NCBI RefSeq assembly: GCF_001194135.2 | Contig: NC_068995.1 | Span: 51,774,820 to 51,822,401 of the forward strand | Origin: Octopus bimaculoides | Taxonomy: Eukaryota | Length of the DNA: 47,582 nucleotides | Reading direction: 5' to 3' | Shown here: in pieces, positions 37,021 to 47,582 of the stretch | Layout of the letters: every line of letters begins with the position of its first letter | Position numbering within the stretch: position 1 is the first letter of the stretch | The notes under the pieces: generated by a model | What the model was told of the DNA's origin: nothing | Databases searched by the model: none | What the model saw: only the letters and a program-made list of their open reading frames with translations | Made by a program: the position numbers and the translations under genes

Positions 37021-38205
37021 GAGACATATATATATATACATATATATATATTGTATAACGAGACATCTATACTTACAAAAACACACACACACATACATAC
37101 GTATATACATGCACACAAATACATACATACATACACACATAATACATACGTATATACACGCACACAAGTACATACATACATCCATATGTACATACATGCG
37201 TATGGACGTACATATGCGCCCTCAATCTCACACGCATAATTAAAAAGGAATGCAAGATTGGTGTAAACGAATGCGAAATATCTCCGCGTCGTGCAACCTT
37301 CACAGCAAGGTTCATCAAGAGGTACTAATGAGAGGAAATACCTGCAACGAAAGTTCGAATCACAGCTCTGTCGTCCACTCACCGGAAACATATTTTTACT
37401 GTATAACCCTAATCTCCCTCCTCCCTATCCATCCTCCTCCTTCCCCTTCTTGAATCTCCAAGATAGTGTGCCTGCAGCCAGACAAGGGTTTCACTAGATA
37501 AACAAACGCGCTTAAAGTGGCGCATATACGTAAGGAATTTCAGAGGAGGCGGGGTAGGATATGCGTTAGATATAAGTGGCGCGTTTTAGGGTATGGTAGC
37601 TGGGTGCTGAAGAAGACAGGTGTTTGGTTGTTGTTGTTGTTGTTGTTGTTGTTGTGGTGGTGGTGNNNNNNNNNNNNNNNNNNNNNNNNNNNNNNNNNNN
37701 NNNNNNNNNNNNNNNNNNNNNNNNNNNNNNNNNNNNNNNNNNNNNNNNNNNNNNNNNNNNNNNNNNNNNNNNNNNNNNNNNNNNNNNNNNNNNNNNNNNN
37801 NNNNNGGTGGTGGCGGAGGAGGAGGAGGAGGAGGAGGAGGCGGCGGCGGCGGCGGCGGTGATGGGGGTACTGCGTCGGCGGTGGTGGCGGTGGCGCCGGT
37901 GGCGGTGGCAGAGGCGGCGGTGGTAGTGGTGGCGATAGTACTGTGACAGTTGTTGCTGTTTTGCCTCTTGTCGGGCCTGGACGAACAGACTCACAATCCA
38001 CCCGTGGACATCTCATCTATTTTTTTTTCTTTCAGCTTTTATCTGCCTTCCCTCCAGTCCACATTGTCCAGTGTAAGCTCCAATGAAGTGTTTGACTGCT
38101 GTTTCTTGTGATTTCAGCAAACACGTAGGGTCTCCCTCGTGTTTTCCTTGTCATTATTGTTGCTGCCACTACTGTTCATGATTGTTTAGCCACGAGGGAA
38201 AGACA

Positions 38206-38455
38206 CGTGGCCAAGTGGTTTAGGTCTTCGGATCGCGATCGTAGGGCCATAAGTTCGATCCCCGACGGTGTTTTCTGTCCATCAGCAAGAGACTTTATTT
38301 TACGTTACTCCAGTCTACTCAGCTGTCAAAAGATGAATCTTCCTGAAAACTATGTTAAGAGTACACGCGTCTGTGGAGTACTCAGCCACTTGCACATTAA
38401 TTTCACGAGCGGGCTGTTCTGAGTCCCTCATCATTGTAACCGATGGAGTGCCAGT
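38206..38455 (+). mobile_element. tRNA-derived SINE family C, near full length
   Basis: A box TGGCCAAGTGG (38208-38218), B box GTTCGATCC (38253-38261), then the core shared with 8467-8538 and a tail containing TACACGCGTCTGTGGA (compare TACACGTGTCTGTGGA near 1420). Confidence 0.75.
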
Positions 38456-38587
38456 TTAGCCACGGGACAACTCTGATCGAGTAGGCGAATATTCGAAGGA
38501 CTTCCATCCGTGACAACCACATTATCCTTGAAACATATAGTATTCCAGTGTATTCCTATTATATTGGAAACGATACACTGTTGATAC

Positions 38588-38730
38588 ACTGGCAGAATCG
38601 TTGGAGCATCGGAAAATTACTGTGCGTTACCTCTTCCAACTATTTGCGTTCTAAGTTCAAATCCAACCGAGGTTAACTTCACCTTTAATCATTTTGGGAT
38701 CGATAAAATAAAGCAACTGCCAAGTACTGA
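38588..38730 (+). mobile_element. SINE family A, old diverged copy
   Basis: CTGGCAGAATCGTT ... GTTCTAAGTTCAAATCC..CCGAGGTT.ACTT..CCTTT.ATC.TTTTGGGATCGATAAAATAA. Confidence 0.65.
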
Positions 38731-39104
38731 CGTTGGTTGTATTGAGTGCTCACTCGCATGAAATTTACTGGTTTCACGCCTTGATCAGAAACCATATAAG
38801 GTGGGATCTAAGAGAGATTTGGTTACTATTTCCAGCAGATCTGGCAACCACATATGTGCATCTTCAGTTACAGACATTCGGTTTAGTCTTTTGATTTTGG
38901 ATTCCTTGCCTGTCTAGGTCTATGTTATTCGGTGTACCATTCTGCTTTTAAGATGGTAGCGAAGTGACTTGAGAGAGAGAGAGAGAGAGAGGGAGGGGGT
39001 GGCTTCTATTTCTAAGAGGCCGAGCAAACACATGTGTGTGTGTGTGTGTCTGTGTGCATGTGTGAGTGTGTGTATGTGTATGTGGGGGAAGTGTGTGCAG
39101 GCGC

Positions 39105-39119
39105 GGGCGCATATAAATA
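39105..39119 (+). promoter_or_regulatory. Candidate Pol II core promoter (BREu-like element plus TATA box)
   Basis: GGGCGCA (6/7 match to SSRCGCC) directly abuts TATAAATA (full TATAWAWR match) in a cluster of 8 CpGs within 39101-39142. Motif evidence only. Confidence 0.35.
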
Positions 39120-39567
39120 AAGGCCCCCGCATCGCCGCGACGGCAAGTGTGTGTGTTTTTTTTAACATCGCACGCTTAAACGATTTAGAGGTCAGACCAC
39201 TGTGTGTGAACGGATGTGTGTAAGTATGTTAAATAGTTCAACATCTGTTGTGGATTATGTAAGGTGTGCTAAAAGAAGCGTGAACACGAAGATGATCTTG
39301 AACCGAAATAGTGCTACACTGGCGTCGTCTTTGTGTGCATGCCTGTATGAGCGTGTGTGTGTGTGTGTGCGTGTGTGTGAATGTCATAGTGCGTATGAAT
39401 ATATGCAGGCACATGTAATGTGTGCGTACCAATGGGTGCAGATACGAAGGAGAGTATATCAGTGACGTTATGCTAAGCTACATGTTCTCTCCTCAATACA
39501 CACGCACACACACGCACTAATACAGAAAAGATACAGTTGCGGAAAAACACATACACACACACACACG

Positions 39568-39600
<33 letters not shown>

Positions 39601-39763
39601 GCATATATATATATAAATATATATATACATATACACACGCACATCCACACACACACATTCACACACAGAGGCGCATAATTTCACATAGAAAACCACATTC
39701 TTACGCAATCAGCAACATAACCACGTGCACGCAATGAAGCACACACACGTGGGTGAACGAGAC

Positions 39764-39830
<67 letters not shown>

Positions 39831-40032
39831 CAGAGAGAAAGAGGGAGAGAAAGAGGGAGAGAGAGAGAGACAGACAGACAGAAGAGAGAGAGAAGGAGAG
39901 AACGCATTTCTATGTGTGTGCGTGTGTGTGTGTGTGTGTTTTCCCCGTATGAATTTCTTTCTGTTTCACACAAGGCCAACATTTCGGACAGGACCAATGT
40001 AGTGTGAGAATGGTGTGTTAGTGAACCAAGAA

Positions 40033-40186
40033 AATATTCCTTTCTACTGTAGGCGCAAGGCCCGAAATTTTGGGGCAGGGCGCCAGACGATTAGATTGAC
40101 CCCAGTACGCAACTGGCACTTAATTTATCGACCCCGAAAGGATGAAAGGCAAAGACGACCTCGGCGAATTTTGAACTCAGAACGAA
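40033..40186 (-). mobile_element. SINE family A, tail type 1, 5'-truncated
   Basis: High identity to 2010-2165. Confidence 0.87.
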
Positions 40187-40255
40187 AGAGCCCAGAAAAT
40201 ATCGACCAAATATTGACGAAAACATGTACAAAGTACATATGTATACATATATGCA

Positions 40256-40391
<136 letters not shown>

Positions 40392-41141
40392 CAGATATAT
40401 ACATAAATAAATATAAACATTACTGCAATGTTCTTCTCTTGAATCTATTTTTAGCTGTTTGTAGGACATGAAGTCAATTTACATGAAGGTAATTATCCAG
40501 GCTAATTGATCACATTCTAAATATAGAACATGGCGGCCGAGTTCATTTGTTTCTTTTTTTGCTCTTCTTATTTCTCTTTATTTTATTCAGGTTTCCTATT
40601 ATTAATTCTTCTTCTTCTTCTCCTCCTCCCTCTTTTTCCTTCATCTACCCCCTCCAACCCCACCCTTCCAAGCATGTCTGGCTGCTACTTAAGCAATGTC
40701 TATTCTTATATATTTTATATATTAGTTTTGTAATATATATCTCTGTTGTCTCTTTGTTAGTTCTACCAAGTTGTTACAAGTGAGTACGTGAAATGATTCA
40801 CGTTTTTGAAGCGAACACTAATAAACCTGGAACTCAGTGGTTTTCATTTCCGGTTGCATTAAGTTCTTTTCCACTTAACATACAGAGCACAAGCCTCTGT
40901 AACTGCGGTCGTTCGACTTGCTAGCTAGAGTGGTAGAAATACCTACACATTCTACCGTGATTCATAGCATAACATCTCATATAAAGGCAGGACACATTAA
41001 ACAATGCCACAACAGATATATCACAGATGTAGCTTACAGAAATCTCGCCAGTGAGGTGGGAAGGATTTCAACATGTTCGGAGAAGCACCCACGCAGTTCC
41101 TGTAGACGCACTTACTGATTAACACCAGACAATTAATATAT

Positions 41142-41220
41142 ATGGCTGTGTGGTAAGAAGCTTGCTTCCCAATCACATGGTTCTGAGTTCAATCCCATTG
41201 AGTGACACCTTCGGAAAGTG
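41142..41220 (+). mobile_element. SINE family B head
   Basis: TGGCTGTGTGGTAAG.AGCTTGCTT.CCAA.CACATGGTTC.GAGTTCAATCCCA. Confidence 0.8.
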
Positions 41221-41935
41221 CATGTCTGTCTGGTGTTAATAAGCGTGCTTACAGAAGCTGCGTGGGTGGAGCTACGAACATGTTGAAACCCTTTCCCCAT
41301 CTCTCTAGTGAGATTTGTGTACACACACACACACACACACACACATACATTCAGTTATTGTTGCAGATTTAATTATTATCTAGCACTCATAATCATATGT
41401 TTTCGTAGGCCCATTGACCTAACTGAGAACCTTGTGGGTCGAAATCGTGGCTACCCTCGTTCTATGTTTGACACGGCGCTACTGGGTATAATTGATTATT
41501 GGTCTGTTTGATCGAAACTGACGTGAGAAGGTAAGATGTAATGTAACTCGTGTGACAACACCTCTATCACGGCAGCAGAAGGAGTCTCTACGCTGTCATT
41601 TGACTTACTTGAATCAGTCACCATATTTCCCTCACTATATACCCACCTAAGAAGTCAAACAAGGACGGAATATTACTTAATATGATACAGGATACAATGT
41701 GTCTTAGGAAATAAAAAGAAGATGGTAACTTGAATTAAGTATTCTTGATGAATATACAATATCGTTGTCGGAAAACAGCCAAATCTCCATACAGTATTCT
41801 CTACGTGTACATTACCGTTTTCCAAACGTTTTACTCTTGTGAGACTCTTTAAATACTGAGATAGATTCCAAAATAATGTGTGTATATATGTGCGAGTGTG
41901 TGTGATGTGTGCGTGTGTGTGTGTGTGCGTGTGTG

Positions 41936-41975
<40 letters not shown>

Positions 41976-43801
41976 CGTGTGTGTGTTGTTTGTGTGTGTA
42001 TGTAACTGTATATATTTGTGAAGGATTGTAGAGATCACTTTGACGGAGACTTTCTAATAAAACTTACTCTGTTCTCCGAATAAATTTATACTATCAATAA
42101 ATGTTCCGTCGTTATTCTTAAACCTGCTTGAAAACACCATTTTGACACACACCTGCACATAAATACACAAACTCGTGCGCTTGGGCGCGCACAAACACAC
42201 AGATTTATCATGAGGCACCTGTGTTCAATCATGAAAATCTTTTGAACAGAGTTTGATCTCGACAGAGAGGTACTACGGTAAGTGAGATTGCCAAATATGG
42301 ACGACCTATTCATCAGCAAAACCCAGTATTGGATGGAGCATTTTCGTCGAATATCTTACAGAGAACTCACTCGGCTGGACCTGTGCTTACAACCATACGA
42401 AGAGCAAAGAGAAAGTGATCGACATGGGAAGTGAGAAAGAAAGAAAAACACGTGAGTATACATATGATACGACATGCATGTATAAAGTTTGTTCTCATTT
42501 TAAATATAGCACTGAACGCAACCCAATCAGCATAAATAAACATGGAATGCAAAGGGAAGTAAATTTCTAGAAAGGAAATATGAACAGAAAGTCGTTTCAG
42601 CATTTTGTATTCAGTATGTGTTACCATATCTTTCATCACCGTGTCTCTGTGTTTATAAATATTTGTGTTACATGTATGAAGTAATACCGACATGCACTTT
42701 TCTAGCGCATGGGTATATTGCAATGTGTGCAGAGGTATGTATAAGAGCTGGTGAACTTGAAAGCTATCGAGAACGAAATTTATAAAAAAAATAACGGTTT
42801 GAAGTATCAAAGACGGGAAGATATATTGGAAAGACCTCACCAAGCTCTTCAATAGTTTGAACATAGAAAGTACCGTTAGTAGTAACTTAAAAATACTGTT
42901 TCATAAACGGAATATTTAAATTTAGCCAAAGACATAAACTGGAGAACGATTTGTCAGAATATTTAGATCATCATTTAGATTACTATGTTGTATTTATTGT
43001 GACTTCCTGAGTTCAAATCCCACGATAATTAGTTTTACTTCTTTATTTTTCCCGGTTTGATAAAATAGTATTCATCCTAGGCAGTGGATTAGCCGAGTTG
43101 TAAGAACGATGGATCAAATATTTAGCGGTATTTGTTTCATCTATTTTGTACTGAGATCAAATGAAGCTATGGCCTACTTGCCTAGTGGAGTTAAAACCAT
43201 CGTCCAGTTTTAACACCACCACATCATACTTTGTGAGCTTTAGCGGGTTCCTCTCTCTTTCAAGAATTTAGCCTTGCTCCTCGATCTGAGCTCGCTTTCT
43301 CCTTAGTTCCAAGGTACTGTAAGTGATTAGGGTGTGTCACAGTCCTTATTGGTTTTCAGATATAAAATAACAAAGGATTTGGCATTATATAAAAATCCCA
43401 ATTCGAATCAATTATTAACATATATTGATGAAAATATTCACACAAATCTGCCCCAATGAATTTCATCCAGGTCTTATAAGGGAACCGCATTAATAGTGTA
43501 GGGCACGCAACAATGTTTTAATATCGTATTGTTTCGAAGAGATCGTTAAATATCACCGACTTATACAATCGAGCACGAGGAAACGCAACAGAGAGTTTAT
43601 ATGTGACGCAGTAGACTTCTGTCTTTTCAAATCGCAATTTATCTACGTCATAGATCTAAGAACATTTTCGACTCAAATTCATTCAGAATAGGGCGGTCAC
43701 CACTAAGAAACTTTTTAATATGATAACAGCATTAAAAAGGGTGAAGAATTGAATTATCGAACACAATATAATGCATGACTACACAAACTCAACTACAATA
43801 T

Positions 43802-44023
43802 AATATCCTTTTCTACTCTAGGCACAAGGCCCAAAATTTTGGGGGAGGGGTGCAATCGATTAGATCGATCCCCAACACGCAACTGGTACTTAATCTATCG
43901 ATTCCGAAAGGATTGAAGACAAAGTCGACCTCGGCGGAATTTGAACTGAGAACGTAAAAACAAACGTAGTACCGCTGAGCACTTCGCACGGCGTGCTAAC
44001 GTTTCTGCCAACTCGTCGCCTTA
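43802..44023 (-). mobile_element. SINE family A, full length, tail type 1
   Basis: Complete homolog of the family A head (…GCTAACGTTTCTGCCAACTCGTCGCCTTA) with the type 1 tail. Confidence 0.88.
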
Positions 44024-45778
44024 ATTTGAAATCAATATTAAAACATTAAAACACTCTAAAAGCACAGTTTAACCTCTTCTAGTCCTCGCGAATGAAAATA
44101 CCTTGCTAGTTATCCTAAAATATCAAGAAACTGCAAAATATCGGAGATGCATGATATTTTTAAATTTGAAAAAAAATTGTTTTTGAACGTCTTACAAATT
44201 AGAATAAAGTTAGAATGACCTCTTAGTAGTTGCTTTTTTTACCTTCTCATGTACGAAATAAGTATAATTTCCTCTTTACGATTGCTTCTTCCTCTTTATA
44301 ATGGCTTATTTACACAAAACCCACATTTAAATTTTCTTTTTTTGAAGCTTTACATATTAAGTATCGGGAAACCACTTAAACATGCTCAATAAATGAAGAC
44401 ACGTCACCGAATTTTCTAAGAGCTGGTGACAAAGAACTAGTGACAAAGAACACGTAAAACTCCGAAAGATAGCAATTGATATTTCTTGATAATAAAATTT
44501 CAGGGATATATAAAGATGACAATATAAGCCTTATATTATATAGTATCAGCGAAAGTTGTAATCTGAATACAATATGCGCGTCAATGTATGTTAATAGAGA
44601 CACAATTTTGTTAGAGCTTTTTTTGTTAAATTAAAGATACATCGAATAACTAGCTGGAGGAGGCGTCCTCCTAGGGTTAAAAATAGCACTAATGTCGGTT
44701 ACTGCGGAACAGCCATGTTTAAGTGTTACTTCTCAATATAGTTGCTGCTTTCATCTCCCTTACAGATTTTCTAACAAGCTAATTTGCTTGTTGCAAGCTC
44801 AGCGACTGTGTCACTTGTTTTCTATATGTTGCCAGACGGAGTGAACTACTACTGCCTGCAACGATTCCGCACTCTTGGGGTCACTACATACAATAATAGA
44901 CCGAATGCGCCAAAAATGAATATAACGTCGCAAGGGGCTGACTAGAGTTGGCCATCTCTGAGAAGCAGAAGCCGCTGGAGTAACAGTTGAAAAGGCAGAG
45001 AGAGGACACAGCACATATATGTGCCAGAGTTTGTGATGTGACGATGAGAAATTCTTGCCAAATAAACTCGGGACAATATTTTAGGTTCCGCTATGTACAT
45101 GCCTATGTGTGTCTCTGTATTTATGCGTGAACGTGTGTCCTCTACTGACCTTGTCATTAGCTTATGAAACTTCAAGCTAACCAATCGATGTTTCGTATTC
45201 CATACACTCCATGTGTCCCTATCGATAAAACTAGTTTATGGCTAGTTTTGCATCTTTAAATGTCCATCGTCATAGTATATACATCATTTGCGTTTATTGC
45301 TTTCTTCCTTTTGCATAAATCTTCATTGCTGCTCCTATTTCTTCTCCTCCGTGCAGAGATTACCATTTTCCCTTATCCTTATGTCACCATTAGCAGCACC
45401 AACATCTACATCATCCTCCGGCTTTTTGATGCTTAATCCTGTTCTTCTTCATCTAATTATTCTCCTTCGGAATTTTTATACTTTCATACTTTCGTAGCCG
45501 CGATACGCGAAATAGTTACTCTTTATTCTTTTTTCCTTCTCATCCATCAAAATATATTCTCTTGGAGAAAGAGAGAAGGGAAATATTTATGTATCTATGC
45601 ACCGTTCTCTTGTTCTTTCCTTTTTTTTCTCTTGACAACTAACATCCTGTGTGTGGGTCTAAGTCAAGTGTTCTCTTGATTGCATGCTAAGATGCTTAAC
45701 CTGCAATCATCTAAGCATATCTTTCCGGCTCCAGTAATATCTAACAATCTAGGTCAGTAGAATAATTGCTTAGCACGT

Positions 45779-45828
<50 letters not shown>

Positions 45829-45834
45829 TATCAT
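45779..45834. repeat. (CAT)n microsatellite
   Basis: Directly visible. Confidence 0.97.
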
Positions 45835-46245
45835 CCTTCCTTTTCCCTTACTATTTTTTGCACCTTACATCACGTATCTTCCACTTGATGCATTGAACTC
45901 TACGCACATGGCTTCATAGCTGTAACAACGTGACCCCGGCGTCTTCACATAATCCCTTTTCCTGACACCCAGAGAAACGGATATGCGCTCCATATTTTTA
46001 TGTCCAATCGCTCACCCTAAAATTACGTGGGCCTTCTATTTCATCAGCTCTTTCCTATTTGTCAGGATACGAAATACATTAATGGCCACGATATACGGTC
46101 ATCTACATCAAGAATGATTTCTGTGGTTCACGATCAGGATTACATGATTACGCTACACTGTACCTCATTCTCAAGAAGAACTCTGCTAAATATCATCCTA
46201 TCCTAAATACTTCCAACAGCCATTGAAAATAGCATTCTCCAAAAT

Positions 46246-46305
<60 letters not shown>

Positions 46306-46916
46306 ACTCGCTTGCTCTCTCTTTCTGTCTGCTCCACTTTCGATCTCACTCTTCTTAACGATCACAAGTAAAGTGTCCATAAAACTTAGTTTTACGAGAG
46401 ACCTGCTTCGACTCTCTGTCATTCACAAGCGGGGTCACATTAGATAAACTTGATGAATACAATGTAGAGTTATCGACCGTATATATATACATATGTATGT
46501 ACCCCTTTCATCGAAACTAGAATGGCCTCTGCTACTTGGAGTTGCTTGCTCTGGATCCACCTTCAATCCTGCGTTCCCTAAACACTCACCTCTCCTCCAC
46601 TCCTTTCCTTGAAGAGTCCACCCTCTCAAGTTCTGCACTGATCGCTACCTTCAGTCCTTCTTTTCAGAACTTCAGCCCTCGGAAATTCTCCTCATACAGA
46701 AGACAAACAGGAGGCATCTCAGTTGTTTCTGAGAGACCCTGAAGGCCTTAGGAACTATCCTGTACGGTAGACCAGACGAAGCAATATATATGTAAGTGTT
46801 AGCGCACGATATTCTCTGAACTCGAGTCACTTTCTTACGTCAGCTAAATATTAATAAAAATATTGATATACACATAATTTGAGTTCTATTTTTTCTGATT
46901 GCATCACCAAACTTAT

Positions 46917-46947
<31 letters not shown>

Positions 46948-47582
46948 AATGTGTGCGTGTACGTAAGTGAAGGAGAGAGAGGGATAGAGCGTACGTCTGT
47001 GCATGCGAGCAAGTGTATATGTATGTATGTATGCGTACGTGCCTGAGTGTGTTTCGAGGGCGTCAGATTGATAATTTTAGGACAGAGCATTCCGAAAGAG
47101 ACGGTTTATGTAAAGGCCACGGACGAGTATTTATTCTAATTTATCTTACTATGTATAATTTTTTTCTCCTATTTTCATCACACACATACACACACACACA
47201 CAGAGGCACGCATATACGCACACTCCAAACAGACGTAAAAAACAAAACAAACAAATACAAAAGACAAAATTAACACTCTCTTTGTTATTCGATGTGTAAT
47301 CTTATTATTCATCAGTTATCTATTATCGATTCGCTCTCAATACAAGACCTCTTGTCTATTATCGATCAGTACACATCAATACAACGTCTTCGGCACACTA
47401 GGCAACAAAGGATGTCTCTACCATTAAACTTGACCTTTCCAAACCCAGTCTTCCGCTCACCGCCATTGAAACTGCATACGCGCCCCACGCCCATATCCAC
47501 CTCCCGCCCTTGTAGGTTAGATCATAATGCCATAATGCTTAGATCTTTGTGTGTGCACTGATGTATATATATATATATATAT

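Noticed and set aside
42706-42734. 29-nt micro-exon candidate (TAG|...AG|GTATGT) encoding AWVYCNVCR, like a zinc-finger start
   Set aside because: Too short to distinguish from chance and no partner exons found.
44656-44680. piggyBac-like end (CTAGGG-TTAA) next to a GGAGGA/TCCTCC hairpin
   Set aside because: No matching opposite terminus; the TTAA-CC at 44069 does not align.
45835-46100. Possible LINE 3' end upstream of the (CAT)n run, read as a (GAT)n tail on the minus strand
   Set aside because: Translations give no convincing RT or C-terminal motif.

Overview
AT-rich eukaryotic genomic DNA from a draft assembly: 16 N-gaps totalling about 4.7 kb, almost all flanked by microsatellites. The microsatellite load and tRNA-derived SINE families point to a coleoid cephalopod, most likely Octopus (inference, not a database result). 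I cannot support any intact protein-coding gene. Nearly all long ORFs in the track are artefacts of N-runs or di/trinucleotide repeats, so the window looks intergenic or deep-intronic. It contains: many copies of three tRNA-headed SINE families (here called A, B, C) and a further dispersed repeat (D); a decayed RTE-clade LINE 3' end; R4/Dong-like LINE 3' ends inside an (AAT)n array; Tc1/mariner and hAT remnants; a DINE-1/HINE-like element; and local tandem repeats. Most worth follow-up: (1) a minimal type I hammerhead-ribozyme fold with a non-canonical CUGUUGA core and a dimer-type ACGU helix III at 23616-23652, in a Penelope-like context; (2) a 179-bp near-perfect palindrome at 19878-20056; (3) an asymmetric fold-back insertion with a 12-bp target-site duplication nested in a hAT-like MITE; (4) a BRE/TATA promoter-like site at 39105-39119 followed by plausible non-coding exons. 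All alignments and folds were done by eye, so boundaries of decayed repeats are approximate.
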